64,000 nt of DNA from Heterodontus francisci. Taxonomy: Eukaryota. Shown in pieces: positions 1 to 11,552 of this stretch (positions are counted from its first letter, which is position 1; every line of letters begins with the position of its first letter). The notes under the pieces are model-generated. The model was not told the origin of the DNA. It searched no databases and saw only the letters and a program-made list of their open reading frames with translations. The DNA is taken from NCBI RefSeq assembly GCF_036365525.1, contig NC_090409.1, positions 31,444,437 through 31,508,436 on the forward strand, in the 5' to 3' direction. The translations under genes were made by a program, and so were the position numbers.

Positions 1-463
1 GATAGACAGATAGACAGATAGATATATGGACAGACGGGTAGATAAATAGACCGAGAGAGAGGCAGATAGATAGAGCTAGAGAGAGATTCTGAAACCGCAA
101 TTGTTTCTCTGAGGGACATGATAACCGCTTGTCTCCCATGTCCTTGTTTAAAACAGAATGTCACAATTATTATATATTAGTGTTTTTCTTAAATCTAAGA
201 ATACATACCACAGAAATGAAGGACTGACTATTTCCCCCATTGTAAAATCGTGCAACAATAGAACAACGGAAGTAGTTAAATGTACTACAATTCTATTTAT
301 TGGTTTGGAAATATACTTGGGCAAACATAATGTTATTTGCAGTTCTGCACAATTCCGTTTCTTGTGCTTTATAAAATTTCTATTCACCAATGGACCTCAT
401 TATAAAGTGACAATATAGCAAACTTTTCTCTGATCACTTGTAGCAATTTCTTTTCCTGGTTAG

Positions 464-581
464 ATCCACCGGAAGTGACGATTACAGGATATGACGGAAA
501 CTGGCACCTCAACAGACGCAAGGTGAACCTCAGGTGCATTGTTGAGGCCAATCCTCCAGCAACAAGCTATCGCTGGACAAT
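464..581 (+). CDS. Nectin/PVR-like Ig receptor: exon for the first half of the membrane-proximal Ig domain (gene begins upstream of the window)
   Basis: ttttcctggttag|AT ... ACA AT|gtatgt. Translates (Y)PPEVTITGYDGNWHLNRRKVNLRCIVEANPPATSYRWTM, matching the nectin domain-3 pattern YxPEVxIxGYDxNWY...LxCxAxANPP...YxW. Confidence 0.9.
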
Positions 582-1044
582 GTATGTAGGCTTACAATAT
601 ATGTGATATGACACTGTGTGTAATTGTAAGGTTATATCAGGCATCTAGAGCAGAATGAAAATCCAGTACCTATTGCAAACAGTTAACCCCTCTCATATCC
701 CAGAGAAATATTTAAAGTCCTCGAACATTCTGCATGAGAAAGTAACAACATTTTTGAAGTTATCTATCCATCAGTTGATCTGTTTCTTTATCTCTCTCTA
801 CCTCTAAATCTCTCATTATTTTTCTGCCCCTCTCTTTCTATCGATATCTCTGTCCCCGCCTAATCTCTCGCTTGCTCCCTCAACCTCTCTCTCCAAACAG
901 CTATACATCCCGCACAGGAAAGATTTAGGTATTGAGATTTCAATCAGCCCGCATTACTCAAAACTAATCGTTGTTGAAAGATAGCTGCAGTCCCTCTCCA
1001 GCTAAAGGCAGGTTATTAACTGAGGGCCGTGTCTATTCATCTAG

Positions 1045-1214
1045 GACCACAGGACCAGTACCTGAAAATGCCCGAGTGGAAGGAAATCATCTATTTATAC
1101 GACAAGTCGATTACTCTGTTAATGGGACGTGGGTCTGTGAAGCAACAAACGCCGTTGGAAAAGGGAAGGGTGAAATTGCAGTTGTAGTGAGGGAAATGGA
1201 CGCACTCAGCGCAG
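1045..1214 (+). CDS. Nectin/PVR-like receptor: second half of the Ig domain
   Basis: ctattcatctag|G ... GCA G|gtacac. TTGPVPENARVEGNHLFIRQVDYSVNGTWVCEATNAVGKGKGEIAVVVREMDALSA contains the F-strand GTWxCEATNxxG motif. Phase is compatible with the previous exon. Confidence 0.9.
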
Positions 1215-1375
1215 GTACACTTCCACTATGTTATTGTGGTTTAACGGCGATGTTGCTACTACATGGAGACAAGAAGAGGTTTATAATGTTGCATGGACAT
1301 GCTAACGTGCACAAGGATTGATTACTTGCATATGCAATAACATTGAGAATACTTTCTTTGTTCAAATGTTTATAG

Positions 1376-1489
1376 GCGAGTCCTTTGGATCCACCGTGGT
1401 GTACATTGTCATCGGAACAGTCATTGGGGTCTTGTTCATTGCTGTCTTACTATCCGTTGTGATAGTCAAAAAAAGACGGACAATCGATG
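1376..1489 (+). CDS. Nectin/PVR-like receptor: transmembrane exon
   Basis: tttatag|GC ... GAT G|gtaagc. GESFGSTVVYIVIGTVIGVLFIAVLLSVVIVKKRRTID is a hydrophobic helix followed by a basic stop-transfer sequence. Confidence 0.9.
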
Positions 1490-1534
1490 GTAAGCAATAT
1501 AAAATGTTTATGGGTCCATGTACAATTTCACTTT

Positions 1535-1980
1535 GCGGAAGATGCAGGGTTGGTTGATCAATTGCGATTTGGCAGTCGCATAGCCAAGGGCCCTCTGTAT
1601 GGTGAAGTAGCCAGGGCCAGTGGGCCGGTGGGGCAGCCGAAGGTCTTCTTCAAGGATGCTTGCAGGTGCGACATGAAGGCCCTAAATGTCACCTATTGGG
1701 ATTCTCCAACTGGCAAACGAGGGGAATGGCGACACATCCTGTTCACTGGTGTGTACTACCATGATGACCAGTTGCTACAGCAGCTTGGTAACAGGCGCCA
1801 ACATCAAAAACACTTCTCACTGCATCACTCAGCAGCTTCACATGCGGCACTTGTGGCAGAACCTGCCTCTCGAGGATTGGCCTTAACAGCCATCAGCAAA
1901 GGTGCACCAGGAGAAGACACCCCACCTCAATGGATTGTTTGCTGAGTGTTCATCATCTTGCATAGATGGACGACAACCAA
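1535..1980 (+). mobile_element. RTE-clade LINE 3' fragment (intronic, degenerate)
   Basis: RIAKGPLYGEV...GQPKVFFKDACRCDMKAL...W...EWR, plus a downstream CGRTCLSRIGL zinc-finger-like remnant, as in the C-terminus of the RTE ORF. Confidence 0.7.
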
Positions 1981-2890
1981 TTTGGCCTTTAACCACTGAG
2001 ACCCGAAGCTCTGGAGTTCCCTTTCTAATCCTTCCTGCCTCGCTACCTCACTATCCTCCTTTAACATGTTGTTGTTGGACCAAATGAATGTCGAAAAGTA
2101 TTGATATCTGGTGTCGCAATTTGGGATTCATTTGCCATTCTTTGGACAAAAAACGATTTAAAAATGTGAAGCTGCCTAAAAGGTGTTGGCTCTTCAGGGC
2201 AGTCTACTTCTGCTCTGGTCAGGTAAGTGAATTCCAAGTGGATTCTTTCAGATGCTAAAGGATAGATTGTTGTCTTCTACTCTATCATACTTTCCTTAGA
2301 CAATAGTGAGAAGTAATGAAGGATCAGAGGCTGATTAACAGTCTGATAGGCCGCGACCTGAACATGGCCTTAACCATCTTTATACCTTCCCATGGGGTTA
2401 TTCATCCTAAATAGTGGGAGGGTGTTACGGGATCTCACAGCCTAAATGATGGATGCGAGGGCATCCACTCCTATCATTCTCCAGGATCCCACTGGATATC
2501 AACCCAGAAATCAGAGCGATTCTGGCCCCCACCTCCCTGGACTGTCTGCTGCAGAACCCAAATATGGTTAATTGTCACTCTCCCATTGTGCGAGCAGGTA
2601 TGGGACAGTGGGAGTCAATTTCCTTAAGAAGCAGGGCATCTGACCACTTAAGGGGGCAAATGACACAACTGAACTTGATGAGACACTTGTGATAGACTTA
2701 TAAACGTGCTTGGAGATAAGTGGCAATGCATAATCGACTTCCTGTTATTGAAAGAATTAATTATTAACAAGAGCGATTGTCATTATTTTAGTCATAAAAC
2801 TGAAGGAAATGTGAAGACCCAGTATAAAAATGAAACTCAGTGAGGGCAAAGAGCTGTCACTAATTCTATTCCTTATCTTTCCTTAAGCAG

Positions 2891-2925
2891 ACACTAAACC
2901 AGAAGCGAAGCCTTCTCCACAGCAG
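2891..2925 (+). CDS. Nectin/PVR-like receptor: 35-nt cytoplasmic exon
   Basis: Pyrimidine tract ccttatctttccttaagcag|AC ... CAG|gtatg. Encodes DTKPEAKPSPQQ. Phase 1 in, phase 0 out. Confidence 0.7.
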
Positions 2926-3109
2926 GTATGTTGAAATGACCAACTGAATAATGTACTAGTTTAGGGAAGTCCATTGACAGTTCAAATCAGGAATCTCTTA
3001 ACAGGAAATGGTGCGAAAGGAGATTTCAAATATTATACACTTATTACTTTATCCAATCGCCTATTGACTAAGAATGCCTTGTAATCATTCCACTTGCTAT
3101 GCACTAACT

Positions 3110-3485
3110 TGCAAATTCATTAATAAATCTGGAATAAAATGTTAGTCTCATTAATAATGATCATGAAACTAGTGGATTATCATAAAAACCACTAATGTCC
3201 TGCAGGGAGTGAAGTCTGCCGGTCTTACCCAGTCTGGCCTATACGTGGCTGCAGATCCACAGCAATGTGGTTGACTCTGAACTGCCTTCTAAAATGGCCC
3301 AGAAAGCCAATCGATTGTACCAAACAACTACATAAAAAAAAAGTACTGTGTATGTACCTACACCCCAAGGACTGCAGTGGTTCAAGAAAGCGGCTCACCA
3401 CCACCTTTTCAAGGGACAGTTAGGGATGGGAAGCAAATGCCTGGCCTTGCCAGCGATGCTCACATCCCAAGAACGAATGACAAAA
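3110..3485 (+). mobile_element. Internally deleted, SINE-like derivative of the CR1/L2-group LINE family (leader body joined to 3' tail)
   Basis: Body matches the reverse complement of 23230-23460. Tail 3345-3485 matches the LINE 3' end at 4140-4285. Confidence 0.65.
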
Positions 3486-3509
3486 CAATGGGGGGTGGGG
3501 GAATGGGTC

Positions 3510-4285
3510 CAGGAACATTCGTGCCACAGAAGTGCCCGGCAATGGCCATCTCAAACAAGACATAATATAACCATCTTCCCTTGATGTTCAATGGCATTTC
3601 CATCACTGAATTCCCCACTATCAAAATCCTGGGAGATACCATTGACCAGAAACTGAACTGGAGTAGCTACATAAATACCGTGGCTACAAGAGCAGGTCAG
3701 AGGCTGAGAATCCTGCGGCGAGTATCTCACCTCCTGTCTTCCCAAAGCCTGTCCACCATCTACAAGGCACAAGTCAGGAGTGTGATGGAATATTTTCCAC
3801 TTGCCTGGATGGGTGCAGCTCCAACAACACTCACGAAGCTTGACACCATCCAGGACAAAGCAGCCCGCTTGATTGGCACCCCATCTACAAACATTCACTC
3901 CCTCCACCACTGACATACAGTGGCAGCAGTGTGTACCATCTACAAGATGTACTGCAGCAATGCACCAAGGTTCCTTCGACAGCACCTTCCAAACATGTGA
4001 ACTCTACCACATAGAAGGGCAAGGGCAGCAGATGCATGTTCCTGCAAGCTCCCCTCCAAGTCACACACCATCCTGACTTGGAACGATATCGCCGTTCCTT
4101 CACTGTCGCTGGGTCAAAATCCTGGAACTCCCTTCCTAACAGCACTGTGGGTGTACCTACCCCACAGGGACTGCAGCGGTTCAAGAAGGCAGCTCACCAC
4201 CACCTTCTCAAGGGCAAGTAGGGATGGGCAATAAATGCTGGCCTGGCCAGCAATGCCCACATCCCATGTACAAATAAAAAAAAGT
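3510..4285 (+). mobile_element. CR1/L2-group LINE, 5'-truncated (RT C-terminus plus 3' UTR)
   Basis: IKILGDTIDQKLNWSSYI...YKAQVRSVMEYFPLAW...LDTIQDKAARLI. Ends in an A-rich tail. Confidence 0.85.
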
Positions 4286-4795
4286 AAAATTGCTCTGTGT
4301 ACAGCGGAGTAGGAAATGAATTTGTGGAAAAATCCGGTTCACTTCACTTCAAATGAAATTAGCAACCCGTCATTGTTAGGCGAGAAACCTCAACCATAGG
4401 TACCTTTATCAGCGACCAGTGCAATTGCTTCCCCCAGGGAGCTTACGAGCAATACTGACAATATCCACTCGTGATTGTATGTTGGCACCATTTCATATTT
4501 GCTCTCCTAGATTCGCCATTTCTAAGAAAGTGATGATGCAGGAAAATTGCTTTGAGAAAATGGGTTTGAGATAATCTGCCTGTTCCATCTGCAATATCAT
4601 TACAAATGTAATTTATTCATATTGTTAATGTTGTTTGGAAAGTATTAAAAATTTCACACTTCCTAACATACATAAATAGAAAATATAAGGAGGTAGAGCT
4701 TGAAAAACCCCATCAGATACGCATTCACATATTTGCCTATATTAGACTTGAAATGTAATCATTAATGTCATTAAAACGGTATCATACTTTCTCAG

Positions 4796-4942
4796 CAGAG
4801 AAGCCAAATTACTGTGTTCGCGACTCTCAACCTCAACGTGTTGGATACTGTTAATTCTTCAACGAGAGAGAATCATGAAAGAGAAGCAACAATAAACGCG
4901 GATGTTAATATTAACCAGACTCAGACCTCCTCGGTGAAATAA
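4796..4942 (+). CDS. Nectin/PVR-like receptor: cytoplasmic (putative last) exon
   Basis: catactttctcag|CAG (NAGNAG acceptor), phase 0. QRSQITVFATLNLNVLDTVNSSTRENHEREATINADVNINQTQTSSVK*. Confidence 0.65.
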   Translation, partial: QRSQITVFATLNLNVLDTVNSSTRENHEREATINADVNINQTQTSSVK

Positions 4943-5394
4943 TAGTTCACTCGCTAATGTTTCTCGATAATCGGATATGTACCAACGCAAGCTCGATTTT
5001 GTTATAACTACTCAGTAACTAGGCACAGTCAAAATGTTAAAACAAACTCTTCATTCCTGTCGTGTTGGCTAAACTGCACTGGACTCAAATGCAACCTTTT
5101 TTTCTGAGCATATATAAACCTGTATCTGAACATCATGCCCCAGACTGGTGTGTGTGAGTGCCTCGTTCTTATATTTGGTGACTGTTCATAGTCCTTTGTT
5201 GTCGTTTTTCATTCATTTACCGATCAGAAAAAAAAACAGACGTGCATTTCTATGGCGCCTCTCACGATCACAGGATGCCTCAAAGGGCTTTACAGCCAAT
5301 GACATACTTTTGAAGTGTCTTCGCTGTTGCTGTCGGAAACGCAGCTGCCAATTTGCACGCAACAACAACAACTTATAGTTATATAGCACCTGCC

Positions 5395-5836
5395 ACATTA
5401 ATTCTCCACCTTGCTCCCACACTGACCTTTCAGTCCTCGGCCTGCTGCAGTGTTCCAATGTAGCTCGACGCAAACTCAAGGAATAGCACCTCATCTTTCG
5501 ATTAGTCGCGAGACAGCCTTCTGGACTCAACACTGAGTTTAACAATTTCAGAGCATGAGCAACACTCCCATTTTTTCCAGACAGTTAGTGATATTTCTAC
5601 TGTTGCCATTTCCACCTTCTCCAGAACCATCTTATATTTCTTTTCATGTCCCGTTAGCGTTCACCTTTTGCCTGGTGCCATCATCCCCTTTGCCTTTCAC
5701 CCTATCTCACACATTCCCTTTTGTTCCTCCCTCTCATTGGCCCATTTCCCTCCCTCTGTACTTGCCTAAACCCTGTTGCATCTGTAACTTCTTCCAGTTC
5801 TGATGAAAGGTCAATGACCTGAAATGTTAATTCTGT
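5395..5836 (+). mobile_element. Old Penelope 3' fragment
   Basis: cctgctgcagtgttccaatg...cgcaaactcaaggaatagcacctcatc...aacaatttcagagcatga is similar to the ends of the Penelope copies at 12 and 26.8 kb. Confidence 0.75.
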
Positions 5837-6209
5837 TAGGAATGGAGTGAGACGAGTGGTGGGCGTAGAACAGGGAGGGAAGGCCGGGTGGAGCGCCCAT
5901 CGACTTCCCGACTCTGTCCAATTCAGTCAGGGGTGGAAAAGGTCGGGGGATGGCCTTCCCACCCAGAGGCCAATTGAGGCCCTTAAATGGCCCTCCACCA
6001 AGTGGGGGAGAATGCTCAGTAAAAGCTGGCAGCATTCCTGCAGCACCCCGCCCCCCCCCCCCACCCCACACTCTATCCTCACCAACGACTTGCTCCATCT
6101 TGCTGGTCCTGGATGGCTGCTGGGACTGAAGAACCCTCTGATTGGCTGGCAGCTCTTGGAGGCGGGATCTTAGCCGTTAAAGGCAGTGGAGACCCCTAAG
6201 CCAGGCAGT

Positions 6210-6775
6210 TAATTGCACCATCTTTCTAATGACACTGAGTCCCCATCTCCCATTGTCAGGATTTCCACGAAGAGCAGGGGAATTCTCCCCCTGCGTCCTG
6301 GCCAATATTTATCTGGGTACTGCCTGTGTGGAGTTTGCAAGTTCTCCCTGTGTCTGCGTGGGTTTTCCCTGGGTGCTCCGGTTTCCTCCCACAAGCTAAA
6401 AGACTTGCAGGTTGGTAGGTAAATTGGCCATTATAAATTGCCCCTAGTATAGGTCGACGGCAGGGACAGGTGGGGATGTGGTAGGAATATGGGATTAGTG
6501 TAGGATTAGTATAAATGGGTGGTTGATGTTCGGCACAGACTCGGTGGGCCGAAGGGCCTGTTCCAGTGCTGCATCTCTAAAAAAACTAAAAAAAAACACA
6601 CGATCTTGGTCATTATCACATTGCTGTTTGTGGGAGCTTGCTGTGCACGCACTGACTGCCTCCTTTCCTGCATTACAACAGAGACTACACTTCAGAAAGT
6701 ACTTCATCGGCTGTAAAGCGGTCTGAGTCGTCCGGTTCCTCGTGACAGGCGCTATTTCAATGCTAGTCTTTTTGA
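6210..6775 (+). mobile_element. Deu-type SINE interrupted by a 5'-truncated HE1-type V-SINE (6312-6597)
   Basis: The Deu-like body (gaagagcagggg...ctggccaatatttatc) resumes after the V-SINE A-tail (tggtcattatcacattgctgtttgtgggagcttgctgtgc). Confidence 0.7.
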
Positions 6776-7263
6776 AACAATGAAATGCAAGCGTAAAACA
6801 GAACTGCGGTTTGCTGTATGCCTTGTTTGTCATCCACAATTAGGGGAAGTTAAGTCATAGCATTTTCAATTGGATTTATATATTTATTTCCTTTGTAAGC
6901 ACCTCTGATCTAGAAAACGTAATACTCGAGGTAATCAGAATTATTTAATGTTATATAACGGAAAGCTTAGTAACGGAAAGCAGTCAGGACACTCAGAATT
7001 ATGTGAAACGTTTACTAAAACAAAACAGGGGTGATATTTAAAACAGAGAAAGGTGAGGTCACTGCTTCAGCACGCTATCGACATCTGGTTCAGTCGAGGT
7101 TTATGGAAGAGGATGAATAAACTGGGATGTTTGCTCCGGTTTTATTATTGCTTCGTGTTGAAGAAACAAAGCGTGGCGCTGTTAATACTCCTGCACGCCT
7201 ACTGGAAATGCAGAATTGGAAATTTGGCTGTTTTCCTCACGGTTCTGTAATTAATGGGACACA

Positions 7264-7506
7264 ATGGAAAGTGATTTGATGATTATTCTAACAATTATTG
7301 CTACTGTTTGGTTTGGAGTATTTTATATTCAATGGATTTATCTTTCCCGATTGAAGTCAACTGAGATAAAGAAAACTCAAGTGAGGCCACAGCAGCAAGC
7401 GACTAAAGCGACTCCACACGGGACATTGACGTACTGCAGCCTCGTTTTCCCAAAAAAAACGTTTATAATGGGAGAAAGCCCATGCCGGATAGCACTTTCG
7501 TTTTAG
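7264..7506 (+). CDS. Putative TM plus ITIM microprotein, or ITIM-bearing distal exon (7357-7506) of the nectin-like gene
   Basis: Kozak acaATGG, hydrophobic N-terminus, LTYCSLVF ITIM at 7426-7443, in-frame phase-0 acceptor tttatctttcccgattgaag| at 7356, and AATAAA at 7880. Confidence 0.4.
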   Translation: MESDLMIILTIIATVWFGVFYIQWIYLSRLKSTEIKKTQVRPQQQATKATPHGTLTYCSLVFPKKTFIMGESPCRIALSF

Positions 7507-8741
7507 TAATAGACAATGTCCTGCATCTGTGCTTTCGCTGTCTTTAAAATGCACCTTCTTGGAACTTTCCACCTTCTGAAGCCCCCGAAAGTGGCAGCTG
7601 CTGTTCGGGCGTGTTTGATCAAGTGAATTGAAAGCGAGGGACTGATGCTGCATTTGAGCTGCAGGCGTCCGCAATGTGAGAGGAAATCAAAGACCCTTCG
7701 GTCACAGGGAAGGAGAAGATAATGTGTACGCCCAACATCACTCATCCCCTGTTATATGTTCAAAGACTTCACGAAGAGACAGTTCACACAGGCTTGAATT
7801 TGTACATTTGTCATCATAAGTATAGCGTTGGGCTCTTAACTTAAATAGTTAAGACTACAAAAGAGGAGAAATAGAAGAGAATAAACAGACGATAATGCTT
7901 ATAAAGTCACACCCTCATGAAATAATTGGAATCGTGCAACAGGTCGCCCTGTGTGAAGTGATATAAAATGCACCGGCTGTTATGTATGTTTTAAAATAAT
8001 AATATTGAGACATAACATAATAGTGATTCGAATACTTTGTGAAAACGATCTTTTAAGTAGCAGCTGCCTGAGATTCAGAACTCTGAGCTGCAGTGACAAA
8101 AAGGGGAAGAAAGCAGAGTTAGCCGCAGGGTACTCAGGACAAAAAAAAATGAAATCCAGGGAGTGTTCTTATGGTTACTAATGTTCTACCTGCTGCTCGA
8201 TTATCTGACATTGCCACGGTCTGGTGTTCCATTTGCTACTATGCCCGTAAATAAACACATGCTCATTATTGCCTCACGTACACAATTGAGCACCTTGGGG
8301 AGTCTTACAACGTTAAAATATCTGTATCAATAGAAGCTGCTGTTGTTGGGGGTAATGCCCACCCATGGTGTGAAATGGCTGAAGTAGATAGTTCTGAAAT
8401 TGGCTGTGGAAAAAATGAAACCATTTAGAAAATAGTTCTAATTCATCAGACATCTGAGACAAGTCACGATTGATGCACAGCTTAAGGACTACGCTCAAGA
8501 TCTTCCCTTTGTACAGTGAAATCCAAACCCAGGGTGATAACCTATTCTGAATATTTCTAATTGAGTTGGAAACAATACTATTTTGAGACATCTTCGGGGC
8601 CTGACTGTATCAGTCACCGGAGGAATTCCTGTCATTAGCCATTTACCACCAGAGTTCCCTTTGGGAAGGCTTCTTACCTTCTCTCGGTGTGGTGACATAA
8701 TTTGTGACCTTTATTCTGATTCCTATTTCAAGTAAATTATG

Positions 8742-11240
8742 TACATCTGCCACAGGGCCTGGTCTGCGACTGCATGACCGAGGCGGGACTCCAGGTCGAG
8801 GACCTCCCTCTCTAAGCGCCCGATCTCGGCTTCCCGCCTCTTGGTCGACCCCTTCACGCACTCCGGACAGAGGACACAGATGTGAGTCTTGCCCAAATCC
8901 CGCCATAGCCTCGAGGAGGGAAAGCCCCCCCCCCCGCTTCCTTCTCCAGTCGGCCCAGAATGGACAGAAGGAGTCCCGGAATCACTCGGCCTCCAGCAGC
9001 CAGTTGTTAAAGTGCCAGTAGGTGGATCCCGTCCACATGCGGAGTGGAGTGAACTCCGCCCACATCAAGTGATGGTCCGAGCACGGCACCAGCCGCATGG
9101 AGGCTGCCGAGATGCGGGAGATGCATGCCTGCAAAATATAAAGGTGATCGATTCGAGACCCTCCTCCTCCAGACCTCCAGGTGATGGAGTCAGGATGGAG
9201 ATTCCACCAGATGTCCACCAAGTCGAGGGAGCTGATCAGTTCCCTCAACCTCTCTGCTGATGATTGGCCACGCTGGGGACCAGATCAATCCCTCATCGCG
9301 GGTGTAGAGTTAAAATCACCCCCCCCCCCCACCCCCGAGGATGATGCACTTGCCGCTATCGATGGAGATCAAGAGAGCAGGCACTTTTTTTAAAGAGGTA
9401 CGCCTGCAACGCACCGGGCCTGGGTGTGTAAACATTCACAAAGTGGAGATGCTCGCTACCCAGATGAATGACAACATGTAGCAAGCGACCCAGCAAAAGC
9501 TCCTTGACCCCCAAGATCTCCGGCTGAAAAGTCGGGGCCAACAAGATCGCCAACCCCATTAGAAATAGGGGTGAGGTGACTCATGTAGACCCCACCCTGC
9601 CACTCCAGGAGCCAGGTGGCTTCGTCTCCTGGAACGGTGTGGGTTTCCAGCAGAAAGCTCACTTCATACCTCCCTTCCCTGAGAACTGAGAGATTGTGAA
9701 ATCGGCGGAGAGACCTCTTGCTGCCGTTGATGTTGAGGCTGGCTGTGGTAATTTTCATGTCATAAGTACTTAGATCCCATCACCGACATCTTACTGCAAG
9801 GAGGGAGCAGAAATGCACCTCGCCTTCCAATACCCCAGCAACCCTTTGAGAAATGCTTTAAACAGGCACCTCTCAACCAGTTTCATGCCCGCACCCTACC
9901 CATGGTTGGCATGGATGGATGATCAGCTCCAGATACGACCACCAATCAAGGGCCAGATGAACTTTATTGCGGCAACCCATGCAGGCTGAAGATTGACCTA
10001 CACGCCACACGCCGAGTCCCCATCCTCCTCCAGATCATCAGAACCAGTGGTCGACACACTCACCATACACTGTGGGGCGGACCCACTTCCATCACAATCT
10101 CATCCCCAGGATCGAAGGCGGAGGAGTCCTCTCTGGGTTCATCTATTGGTCTGGCGCCTATGGCACTCAGCAGTTCAGGACCCCCACTCTTTCTCTGTCC
10201 CCGGGCCAGTGAGCTGCCCAGGGGACATGGTAGTCCCTGATTCTGGAAATCCAGCTGGAGCCGGGACTGGAGACAGAGAGGAGGCCATCTCTCCTCCTGC
10301 CAGTGCCCACAGGCCCAGCCGACGGGGCAGCATTATCAACCATAACTGGGTCGGGTACATCCTGGTCGGGAGTGAAGAGTAGCTGGGAGGGCCAGCCCTT
10401 CGGGGCCTCTCCCTCCCCTCCACTCAGGACACCTGACCCAGTGGCAGATGGGGAGGCTTCTTCAGGAGCGCTCCCAGGCTCCCCACCACAATCAGTGCTC
10501 CACTTACTCGTTCAGAAGGGACTTATTTTACAGGGATCTCCCCCTCCCCTCCATGCTGGGGGTTAGGGAGCTCCTGTCCAGGCCTTACATTCTTGATGGT
10601 GGTGGTGGCAGGGGGAACCTGGGGACCCAAACCAGGAGAGAGCTCCCCTCCAGCAGATGGGCCCTTCACTTCAGGGCCCTCTGTTACTTCTGTGGAGGGG
10701 TGCCGTCACCTCTTCTTCCCGCTGGGATGCGGATGCACAGAGACCTCCATGTCATCTGAGGCCTCTGCCTCCACACCCTCCTTTTGCCTCGTTGTCCTGG
10801 GCCTGAGCCCAGACCTGGGGCCGGTGGGTTCCCCGGGATTGGGCCTTGACCTGAGTGCAGGGTCGGGATGAGCCACGGTATCCAGGGAATATGCCTCTCC
10901 GTGTTTATTCTTTTACCGTGCCTTCCTTCCAACCAAATCTTTACCACCCTCATCTTTACCAGAGGCTGTGAATACCAACGCCTCTGGAACCACCTCTGCG
11001 GTGGCAGCTATGGGTGTAGGAGGAGTAGGCAGGTGGTGCAGTGCCACCCTGGGCTGCTGAGGTGGAGTTGGCGGCCGGGAGGTTGGGGCAATTCTACTGA
11101 TCGTGCCCCACCCCTTTACAGGCATGGCACCGTGCTCTGTCCAAGCTCCAGAAGACATGGTAGGCCATTGTCTGGAACTCGACATTAAAGTGGTGCTGTG
11201 CGACCTCCTCCCGAGCCAGCTGCATGAATAGCTCATGATA
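8742..11240 (-). mobile_element. Tx1-clade non-LTR retrotransposon fragment (ORF1 remnant plus ORF2 endonuclease), frameshifted
   Basis: ORF1 zinc knuckle RCHACKGVGHDQ*NC (~11086-11130). ORF2 MKITTASLNING...FLLETH...GVAILL...FVNVY...GGDFN...SRIDHLY...SDH...YWHFNN matches the Tx1/L1 APE endonuclease. Confidence 0.9.
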
Positions 11241-11552
11241 CTTCACTCACCACCTGTGTGGAGACCAATCTAGCAGCTAGGCAGAGATGTCCTTCCAGCC
11301 TCGGTCAACTCTGTTGCTGATGATACCTCCGAGCCCCTCTAGGTGATGGATAATGAAAACAGAATAACATTACTGCTTCCACCAAGTGGCGTTCAAACGG
11401 GAGGGTGTTGAGTCATCGGATGATGCAGTGTGCTTGGTGGCAATTAGAAGGAGCTTTCCTCGCCAATTATTGAACTCTGTGCATATGATTTTACAGAGAC
11501 TGGACAGAATGTAGAAGGGACGCAGGGTAAAGTCCATCTCATGGGAGAACTA

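Noticed and set aside
464-4942. Assigning NECTIN1, NECTIN2 or PVR as the gene symbol
   Set aside because: The Ig domain is nectin-like, but the tail lacks the afadin-binding motif and the N-terminal domains are outside the window. Orthology cannot be established.
8677-8723. Possible small - strand exon (tgaaatag|...GAAG|gtaaga)
   Set aside because: It has splice-like signals only, with no recognisable product or partner exons.
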